Below, piece after piece: positions 9,400 through 16,448 of a stretch of DNA of 18,365 bases; position 1 is the first letter of the stretch, and each line of letters starts with the position of its first letter. The stretch is from assembly GCA_043801585.1 (NCBI GenBank), contig JAZDLX010000049.1, forward strand, positions 1 to 18,365, written 5' to 3'. The notes beneath the pieces are model-generated. The model saw only the letters and a program-made list of their open reading frames with translations. It ran no database searches and was not told the origin of the DNA. Position numbers and translations under genes: made by a program. The stretch comes from a bacterium (lineage in GTDB: Bacteria; Electryoneota; Electryoneia; Electryoneales; Electryoneaceae).

Positions 9400-10943
9400 G
9401 GTGTCCCTCCACAGGCTCTCAGTTCGGACTGACAAAGCTCGATCAGTGCCTCCCGCCCGAATCCCCCTCCAAACAGGACGATGCGCGAGGCATCCTCGCG
9501 TGCGAGAAGTCCGATCGCCAGTGACAACTCCCTGCGGGCGGTTTCAAAGCCTTTTTCCCGCCGTGCGATAAGTCCCAGGTGCAGATGGGGCAGGGCGAAT
9601 TCCGAATCGAGGTAGGCGGCGATCTGATGGTTCTCCATCGCCCCCTTGTGATCCCCTCCAGACTCCTTGCACAACGCCATGACGTAATAGGCCCCGGCGT
9701 TCAGTTCGTCCACAGTCAGCAGTTCTTCGCACACCGTTTCTGCCGAGCTGATATCACCGCTGCTGATGTGCAATACCGCCCGCAGCAACAGGGTATCCGG
9801 GTCGGGTAGAGATGCGGGGATCGCTGTCAGAAGCGAGAGCGCTTCGAGGAACCGTTCCCGTTTGAGCAGATCCAATGCCGGTTCCAGGTGCGACCCGTTT
9901 TCCACTGGTGCGGGAGATTCCGCATCCCTGGATTCAGCCGCTTTGCTCCGCTCGGAAGCGGCGGTCGTGGCAAGGAGGTCGATGCGGTTACTGGCACCGG
10001 CGATCACCTCGGGCCATGAGGGCTGTGTGGTGTCTATCGAAACGGGTTCGCGCTCGACCGGACGGAATGTGCTCACGAATTCGCGAGAGTCATCCGCTGG
10101 TTTCAGCTCTTCCCGGGATGTCCGACGCTGGTAATAGAACGTCCCATGGGTGTGAAGGAGATGAAATTCCCGCGAGAGGCCGCGCAGGCTTTCCGCGTGC
10201 CCGAGAAACAGGTGTCCGCCCGGGACAAGTGAATGGGTGATCCTGTGTACGATTTCACGGGCGGCGTCAAGGGTGAAATACATCAGGACATTGCGGCAGA
10301 AAACGATATCGAAGGATTCCAGTTGCCAGATATTCAATTGGGGTGATACCAGATTGCCCTGCTCAAACGTAACCATTTTCTTCAGTTCATCGTTGATAAC
10401 GAATAGCTTTCCATCCTTGTGGAAGTGCCGTTCCTTGAGGGTGTCCGAAGTTTCGCGGAAAGACCAGTTGGAATAGCGACCTTTTATTGCCTTCTCGATA
10501 ACATCCCTGTTGATGTCCACGGCGGTGATCGAAATCTCCCACTGCGCGGAATCCTTCAACCCCTCGAGGATCGTGATTGCCAGGGAGTAGGGTTCCTCAC
10601 CAGATGAGCAACCAGCGGAGAGAATGCGCAATTTCTTTTTCGGGGGAATCCTGCTCTTGTTCTGAATCAGGTCCGTAAAGGCGAGAAAGTGGTTGTAATT
10701 GCGCATGAAATAGGTTTCCGTCACCGACAATTCAAGTGCGAGATGGGAGATTTCCTGATGATTTCCCCCGATCTGATCCAGGTAGGTTTGATTGTCACGC
10801 TGATGAGTTGTTCGCACACGTTCATGGAGCAGGTCGGCGAGCCAGGGCAACTTGTCATCCTCAATCCGGAAGCCAAGCGCCTTGGTGAGTTCGCTGCGGA
10901 ATCGTTCAAGATCCGGATGAACCTGTTCCACGTCCGTTTTCAT
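9396..10943 (-). CDS. cheR: CheR methyltransferase with C-terminal TPR repeats (WspC/FrzF-like)
   Basis: 515 aa. VTETYFMR, ILSAGCSSGEEPYS, AVDIN, FDIVFCRNVLMYF, GGHLFLGHAESL; then a linker and TPR-like helices (AYYVMALC...AAYLDSEFALPHLHLG). ATGA overlap with the upstream cheW. Confidence 0.96.
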   Translation of the reverse strand: MKTDVEQVHPDLERFRSELTKALGFRIEDDKLPWLADLLHERVRTTHQRDNQTYLDQIGGNHQEISHLALELSVTETYFMRNYNHFLAFTDLIQNKSRIPPKKKLRILSAGCSSGEEPYSLAITILEGLKDSAQWEISITAVDINRDVIEKAIKGRYSNWSFRETSDTLKERHFHKDGKLFVINDELKKMVTFEQGNLVSPQLNIWQLESFDIVFCRNVLMYFTLDAAREIVHRITHSLVPGGHLFLGHAESLRGLSREFHLLHTHGTFYYQRRTSREELKPADDSREFVSTFRPVEREPVSIDTTQPSWPEVIAGASNRIDLLATTAASERSKAAESRDAESPAPVENGSHLEPALDLLKRERFLEALSLLTAIPASLPDPDTLLLRAVLHISSGDISSAETVCEELLTVDELNAGAYYVMALCKESGGDHKGAMENHQIAAYLDSEFALPHLHLGLIARREKGFETARRELSLAIGLLAREDASRIVLFGGGFGREALIELCQSELRACGGTP

Positions 10944-11395
10944 TGGCTCTCCTCCCTGGAGGACAGCTGTTGCCAGAGGGATTCGGGAATCACGTGTCCG
11001 AGCTTCAGAACGCTGAGGAAGGCGTCATCCAGCCTGCCCAGATTCTCAATGACAGTCTCATCGGCGCCGTGCAGCAGCGGGGGCAAATCCTGGAGATTTA
11101 CCTGATCCTGTGAAATCAGGTGGAAGACTTCGGACACAAGCAGTCCGATACGTCTCCCTGCCGTTGTCCGCACGGTGATGATCCGGCGACTTTCGGAGGA
11201 TTTCGCTCCCTGAAGAAGGTGGCCCAGATCCACAATCGGCACAGCTTCACCACGGAGCAGCGAAACCCCGCGAACATATTCCGGGGTATCAGGTATCGGA
11301 TCGATCTCAGGGAGACGGAGCGTTTCGATGACCATCGAGGCAGGCAGCGCCAGAAGGCGGGAATTACAACCGAAGAGCAAATAGGACTGATCCAT
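10940..11395 (-). CDS. cheW: CheW coupling protein (WspB-like)
   Basis: Start moved from 11431 to ATG 11395 (AGGGGAG SD). CheW motifs LALPASMVIETL, IPDTPEYVRGVSLLRGEAVPIVDL and RIGLLVSEV. Confidence 0.93.
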   Translation of the reverse strand: MDQSYLLFGCNSRLLALPASMVIETLRLPEIDPIPDTPEYVRGVSLLRGEAVPIVDLGHLLQGAKSSESRRIITVRTTAGRRIGLLVSEVFHLISQDQVNLQDLPPLLHGADETVIENLGRLDDAFLSVLKLGHVIPESLWQQLSSREESQ

Positions 11396-11511
11396 ATTCG
11401 TCTCCCCTTGGTAACCGCCACAACCAAGCATCGCTCGAAGATCGAATACGAACCCAAGAAACAGAATTCACAGTTTATTTGATCAAAAGCAATGCAAAGT
11501 CGAGAGCGGTT

Positions 11512-11520
11512 ATACTATCA
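11512..11520 (-). promoter_or_regulatory. Possible extended -10 promoter (TGa-TAGTAT) for the chemosensory operon
   Basis: Minus strand reads TGATAGTAT, matching TGnTAnnnT, about 115 nt upstream of the first cheW. No good -35 at 17 nt spacing. Confidence 0.2.
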
Positions 11521-12063
11521 CCTATCTCCCGAACTTGATTCAATTGCGACCTCAGCCGAAGCCGGGAATTCGCTTTTCCTCAAGCAACGCTGATGACCGC
11601 CCCAGATCTAACGAGCATTTATCCCCAAAAACAGAAAACCCGCTTTTAACTTATCAGAATATGCCGGAGAGGATCCCCTCAAGCAAGAGAAATCTCTGTT
11701 TCCTCTAAATTATCATTCTGAGTTGATAAACTGGATTTGGAGTGGAGGAGTTACAATTAATCATTATGGTTGATTCCAAATATAAATAAACAGATGGATA
11801 CAGAACACGTGACGATAAACTCAACCGTGCATCCTCAATCCGGACAGAAGATCAGACAGACTTAGATGCCGGGCGGAGTGTAGTCCGTTAAGGATCAGAG
11901 ATATATCTGTTAAAATGTATTTGCACGTTCTTAGAGTAATGAAAGTCTTATCTCTGATTGACTCGAGAGGTTCCGAGAATTCCAGAAAACCGTCTTCATT
12001 CATCCAACCCTCCACCTCGAATCTTGCTGCTCGAGGTTAGTCAAACAGACTGTTCCGGAGGTT

Positions 12064-13047
12064 TCACGTCGCCAATCGAGTCAGCAGGTCCGCTATCAGG
12101 TTCTTCGCCAGCACGACCTTGTATTCGTTCTTCTCGAGAGGGTTGACGTCTTGAAGCGCTTCGGATGCGAACCTCTGCGCCGTCTCGCCGTCAAGTTCGA
12201 CCGCTGTCAATCTGGAGGTGACGGTATTCTCCAGCCAGGGCACGGGAGCGACACCGCCGAGGGCGACGCGGCCGCTTTCCACACGATTTCTTCCACTCTT
12301 TCTCAGGACGGCTGCAACGCTGACCAGTGCGAAATCCCAGCTCTGGCGTTCGCTGAATTTCAGGTAGCCACTGACCGTTCCCGCGGATGGATCGGGCACG
12401 AACACCTCAGTGACCATTTCTCCGGGTTGAAGAATAGTTTCCGCTTCGACGTTCTGGCGGGGGAGGAGATAAAACTCCTGCAAGGGCACGGAACGGGTTT
12501 TCCTGCCACTCTGGATGGTCACCGTTGCGTTCAGCGCCAGCAGGGCGACCGCCGGATCGGAAGGATGCACGATGTAGCAGGGGTCGCCGCCGATGATGCA
12601 GTGCTGGCTGTTCTCGCCCATCACCGCGAAACAGGTCTGTCCGCCTTTCCTCAGGCAGTGAAAATCGCCACGGAAGTACCAGCAGCGAGGCCGTTGGCAG
12701 AGGTTGCCGCCAATCGTTCCAAGGTTGCGCAGTTGCGGTGAGGCCGTGCGCATTGCCGCCTGGGAAAGGGCTGTGAACTTCTCGCGGATGATCGTGTTGG
12801 CCGCGATCTCACGTATTGTCGTCAGCGCACCGAGAGTCAATCCCACGCCGGGACGGTAGTCAATCCGTTTCAGCTCCGGGAACGATTTAAGATCGATCAC
12901 CTGCCGGGGAGTGGCGATCCCGGCTTTCATCAGGTCGAGCAGGTCCGTCCCGCCCGCGTTCAGCACCGCATCGCCGTTGCCTTTTCTGAGCAAGGAGCAG
13001 GCTTCCTCGATCGATTTCGGCCGGATGTAAGTGAAATCGCGGATCAT
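12064..13047 (-). CDS. Xanthine dehydrogenase family FAD-binding subunit, PaoB/YagS-like, with [4Fe-4S]-type Cys insertion
   Basis: 327 aa. FAD motifs AGGTDL and ASPQLRNLGTIGGNL; insertion RPRCWYFRGDFHCLRKGGQTCF...DPCYIVHPSD; ALGGVAPVPW; NEYK. ATGA overlap with the Mo subunit stop. Confidence 0.94.
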   Translation of the reverse strand: MIRDFTYIRPKSIEEACSLLRKGNGDAVLNAGGTDLLDLMKAGIATPRQVIDLKSFPELKRIDYRPGVGLTLGALTTIREIAANTIIREKFTALSQAAMRTASPQLRNLGTIGGNLCQRPRCWYFRGDFHCLRKGGQTCFAVMGENSQHCIIGGDPCYIVHPSDPAVALLALNATVTIQSGRKTRSVPLQEFYLLPRQNVEAETILQPGEMVTEVFVPDPSAGTVSGYLKFSERQSWDFALVSVAAVLRKSGRNRVESGRVALGGVAPVPWLENTVTSRLTAVELDGETAQRFASEALQDVNPLEKNEYKVVLAKNLIADLLTRLAT

Positions 13048-15356
13048 CGGCGGCCTCCTTTCGACGCGGCGGTCAACTCGGCGAGGACACGCTGAGGGGT
13101 CATCGGCAGGCTGCGGATACGCACACCGGTGGCATTTTTTACTGCGTTCGCAATCGCACCCGCCGTGGGGATGATCGGTGGTTCGCCGATCCCCTTGACA
13201 CCGAGGCTGTTGGCAATGGTGTCCTTCGGGTCGAGGGTGATCACTTCGATCTCGGGGGCGTCGTAGATGGTCGGCAACTTGTAGTCGTGCAGGTTTGTCG
13301 TCAGCACCCGGCCCGTTCCCCTATCGACAACACGCTGTTCGAGCAGGGCGAAACTGATGCCCTGGATGATCCCTCCGTGGAACTGGTTTTCGAGCAGCTT
13401 GCGGTTCAGGGTACGTCCGATGTCGTGCGCCGCGACGATCCGAATCACCCGCACCCGACCGGTGCGAACGTTCACCTCCACCTCCGCGAACTGCACTCCG
13501 AAGGATTGGATCGTGTACCCCTCCTTGTTCGCGGCACGGTAGCCGGTGCGGACGATGGTCCCGGAATCCAGTTTGTCCATCACCTCCGGGACAGACATCC
13601 GTTTCGAGGGGTCGTTCTTGTGGGAAAGAACCCCCTCTTGATAGATGACATCCGACTCCTTGATTTCCTCAAGTGCGGCGTACCCGCTGATCAGAACCTG
13701 TCTGACCTGCATCACGGCGTCCCATGCCGCCGGGGCGACCGATGGAGCAGTCTGGCTGCCACCGCTGAGCGGACACTGCGGGCCGGTCGCGGTATCGCCG
13801 AGGGTGACACGGACCCAGTCGGGCGGGATTTCGAGCCCTTCGGCCACCACTTGCGAGAGGAACGTGTAGGTGCCCGTTCCGAGGTCCTGGCTTCCGGCGA
13901 TCACCGACGCGCTGCCATCGCCGTTCAATTTGACCGTGACACCCGCCGGTGGACCACCGCCACCGGACCAGATCTGGGTTGCAAGACCCACGCCGCGTTT
14001 GACCGGTCCCGGATCGGAGTTTGCTGAACGCCACTTTTTCTTCCAGCCAAATGCCTTTGCGCCCTGCTCGTAGCACTCTTTCAGTTTCTTCGAGGTGTAG
14101 GGTTGGTTATAAAATTGATCAATTTCGGCGTTGTTTTTCAGGCGAAACTCGAGCGGGTCCATCCCGATCTTTTCAGCAAGGTCGTCGAGGATGGAATCCA
14201 GCGCGAACGTTCCCTGGGGACGGCCCGGGGCACGGAAGGGGCGAGCCGGCCCGAGGTTCGTGAAGACGCTGCGCATGTCCGTGTGCACGTTCGCGCATTT
14301 GTAGGTACCGATCATCGGGAAGTTGCACCCCGCCCACGCCTGGTAGGCGCCTGACGATCCGATCGCCTCGAGGCTCATCGCAGTCAACGTCCCATCCTTT
14401 TTCGCCCCGGCCTTCAGGTGCTGAAACGAATCCGGGCGGTTGCCCACCGCAAGGTTCATTTCGGTGCGGTCGAGGGCGATTCTCACGGGTCGTCCAGTCC
14501 GTTGTGCGAGCAGGGCAGCCATGACCGTGTATTTGCCCGTGGCGAGCTTGCTGCCGAAACCGCCGCCCATGTAACGGGTGATCACACGAACGTCGCTCTG
14601 TGGAATGCCCAGTTTGTCGGCAACCGTCTCGCGAACAGCGTAAACTCCCTGCGTCGAATCGTACACCGTCAGCCGCTTTCCGTCCCAAACCGCCACGCTG
14701 CCGTGCGGTTCGGTGGGGTTGTGGACGGCAACCTGGGTGGTGTAGGTGCCCTCGACGACAGCGTCCGCCTCGCTGAATCCGTTCTCGACGTCGCCTCGCT
14801 CATAAATCCAGGGCCGGTAGGCAAGGACTCCATCCTCGTGGAATAGAGGCGCCTGATCCCCTACGATTTTCTCCGCATCTACGCCGAAGGGAAGTACATC
14901 GTAGGTTACATCGATCAGCTTCAATGCCTGTTCGGCGAGACGTTCGCTGGTTGCGGCGACACAGGCGACCTCGTCACCCGCGTAACGGAGGTGAGTGTCG
15001 AACAGCTTGCTGTCGCTGTACCAGGGGATGTCGGGGACGTTGCCGTGATGGATCACCGCCGCGACGCCCGGGAGAGCCTCGGCGCGGCTGGTGTCGATGC
15101 TGACGAGTTTTGCGTGCGGGTGCGGGCAGCGGAGTGTCTTGGCATGGAGCATCCCGCGAAGCTGAACGTCGAAGGTGTATTCCGCGGTGCCGCTGGCTTT
15201 ATCGTAACCGTCATAGCGGTCGAGAGGTTTGCCGATCTGGCGTGCTTTGTCCGCGTCGATCCCGGCAGGATTTCCGTTCTCGGGAACCTCGGCGTATCCC
15301 TCGACAAAATCCTCCTCGAAGAACTGTTTCGTCCGGACGAATTTACGGCCGTTCAT
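13044..15356 (-). CDS. Xanthine dehydrogenase family molybdopterin-binding subunit, PaoC/YagR-like aldehyde oxidoreductase large chain
   Basis: 770 aa. RYDGYDKASG, HNPTEPH, STQG, MGGGFGSK, FRAPG, QDLGTG, GGSQT, ENQFHGG and KGIGEPP (catalytic Glu motif). Confidence 0.95.
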   Translation of the reverse strand: MNGRKFVRTKQFFEEDFVEGYAEVPENGNPAGIDADKARQIGKPLDRYDGYDKASGTAEYTFDVQLRGMLHAKTLRCPHPHAKLVSIDTSRAEALPGVAAVIHHGNVPDIPWYSDSKLFDTHLRYAGDEVACVAATSERLAEQALKLIDVTYDVLPFGVDAEKIVGDQAPLFHEDGVLAYRPWIYERGDVENGFSEADAVVEGTYTTQVAVHNPTEPHGSVAVWDGKRLTVYDSTQGVYAVRETVADKLGIPQSDVRVITRYMGGGFGSKLATGKYTVMAALLAQRTGRPVRIALDRTEMNLAVGNRPDSFQHLKAGAKKDGTLTAMSLEAIGSSGAYQAWAGCNFPMIGTYKCANVHTDMRSVFTNLGPARPFRAPGRPQGTFALDSILDDLAEKIGMDPLEFRLKNNAEIDQFYNQPYTSKKLKECYEQGAKAFGWKKKWRSANSDPGPVKRGVGLATQIWSGGGGPPAGVTVKLNGDGSASVIAGSQDLGTGTYTFLSQVVAEGLEIPPDWVRVTLGDTATGPQCPLSGGSQTAPSVAPAAWDAVMQVRQVLISGYAALEEIKESDVIYQEGVLSHKNDPSKRMSVPEVMDKLDSGTIVRTGYRAANKEGYTIQSFGVQFAEVEVNVRTGRVRVIRIVAAHDIGRTLNRKLLENQFHGGIIQGISFALLEQRVVDRGTGRVLTTNLHDYKLPTIYDAPEIEVITLDPKDTIANSLGVKGIGEPPIIPTAGAIANAVKNATGVRIRSLPMTPQRVLAELTAASKGGRR

Positions 15357-15982
15357 GATTCACCTCCCGCGCTGGAGGCCGCCATCACCGACTCGATGAT
15401 CTTCGGATAAGCGGCGCAGCGGCAGAGGTTTCCGGACATCCCCTCGAGCACCTCGTCGCGGGTCGGGTGGGGATTGTGCAGCAGCAGGGCGTGCGCCGCC
15501 ATGATCTGCCCCGGCGTGCAGAAACCACACTGCATTCCGTCGCGTTCGACAAAGGCCTGTTGCAGTGGATGGAGCTTCTCGCCGTTGAGCAGCCCCTCCA
15601 CGGTGACCACTTCGCCGCCCATCGCGTCGAGGGCGAGGATGTGGCAGGAGTAGACCGCTTCGCCGTTGAGCAGCACCGTGCAGGCGCCGCACTGGCCGCG
15701 GTTGCAGGTGATCTTGGTGCCGGTGAGCCCGAGACGGTCGCGAAGCACCTCTGCGAGAGTCGTCCGCGGCGCGATCAGCATCCTCCTCGGTTCGCCGTTG
15801 ACACTCAGTTCGAGCACCTCGCGTCCGCTGTGGGCTTCCGGGGAATCCTCGTTGCCCTTTGACTTCTTTCCCAGGGCGGGAGCGATTCCGGCGAGGAGCG
15901 TGGTGCCGACAACTCCCGTTCCGGTGGTTTGCAGAAATTTTCGCCGGCTGAGGTTGTGGGCATCCTTTTCCGATTTGTCCAT
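15353..15982 (-). CDS. 2x[2Fe-2S] subunit with Tat signal peptide, PaoA/YagT-like
   Basis: Start moved from 16054 to ATG 15982 (GAAGG SD-like sequence). Twin-arginine SRRKFLQ plus hydrophobic stretch; TGTKITCNRGQCGACTV...SC; MQCGFCTPG; GNLCRCAAY. ATGA overlap with the Mo subunit start. Confidence 0.94.
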   Translation of the reverse strand: MDKSEKDAHNLSRRKFLQTTGTGVVGTTLLAGIAPALGKKSKGNEDSPEAHSGREVLELSVNGEPRRMLIAPRTTLAEVLRDRLGLTGTKITCNRGQCGACTVLLNGEAVYSCHILALDAMGGEVVTVEGLLNGEKLHPLQQAFVERDGMQCGFCTPGQIMAAHALLLHNPHPTRDEVLEGMSGNLCRCAAYPKIIESVMAASSAGGES

Positions 15983-16215
15983 GTAAACACCCTTCTTCGT
16001 GAAGAGACAAGTGGGAGGAGGTGGATTCGCGTCAAACGTTGGGCTGCCTGTCAAAGCTTCCGCGCTGTTGGATTTACTCCGTTCCTTTCAACGCGAGTCA
16101 TTGCCGTGATGGCGGCAACACCTTAAACTCTACGGAGGAACGTGACGCAGAACAACGGTTTAGGTAGGTCTAACCACGATGTTCCGCAGGAGGAGTTTGA
16201 ATTCGGGAGCAGGCT

Positions 16216-16266
16216 TGCAAAATGAGGGACAGTCCCTCATAAATAAGGACTGTCTTTCATTTTACA
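16216..16266. repeat. Nested inverted repeat built on GGGACAGTCCC/GGACTGTC (REP-like dyad or operator)
   Basis: Perfect 9-bp IR ATGAGGGAC-A-GTCCCTCAT at 16222-16240, plus a degenerate inverted copy. Outer arms TGCAAAATGAGGGACAGTCC and revcomp TGTAAAATGAAAGACAGTCC match 17/20. Confidence 0.75.
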
Positions 16267-16363
16267 CAAAAGGGTTAGTTATACCTAAACTTAAGTCTCT
16301 TATAGCTTTGTATTTTTGTTGATCGTCCATATATTTCTTTTTACCGAAGAATTTACAGTATGT

Positions 16364-16422
16364 GGGATAGGGTTTGTTTCAACCCATCCTGATGAGGCTT
16401 GGGGGACGCCTTTCGAGGCGTC
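16364..16422 (+). promoter_or_regulatory. Two tandem hairpins in the probable 5' leader of the xdh-like gene
   Basis: GGAT(A)GGGTT-tgtttc-AACCCATCC at 16365-16389 and GACGCCT-TTCG-AGGCGTC at 16405-16422, ending 11 nt before the SD. Confidence 0.4.
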
Positions 16423-16448
16423 GTCGTATATTCAGGGGAATTGTTAGG

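Noticed and set aside
11899..11908. 10-bp palindrome AGATATATCT
   Set aside because: Low complexity and expected by chance in AT-rich DNA.
11821..12015. 64 aa minus-strand ORF in the spacer
   Set aside because: Short, no motif, no convincing SD; cannot be supported.
12014..12037. ACCTCGA-N10-TCGAGGT hairpin after the FAD subunit stop as a terminator
   Set aside because: Large loop and no U-tract on the minus strand.
7388..15982. Functional link in which the MCP senses the substrate or product of the adjacent periplasmic Mo enzyme
   Set aside because: Supported only by adjacency and co-orientation; the 668-nt gap and apparent composition difference argue for independent units unless synteny is conserved.
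524..16126. Remaining short overlapping ORFs in the track
   Set aside because: They are alternative-frame or antisense to well-supported genes and show no domain signatures.
16389..16422. CTGATGAG as a hammerhead ribozyme core or fluoride riboswitch element
   Set aside because: No GAAA after a stem II, and the 5' GAUGGnGUUC-type pattern of the fluoride riboswitch is absent.
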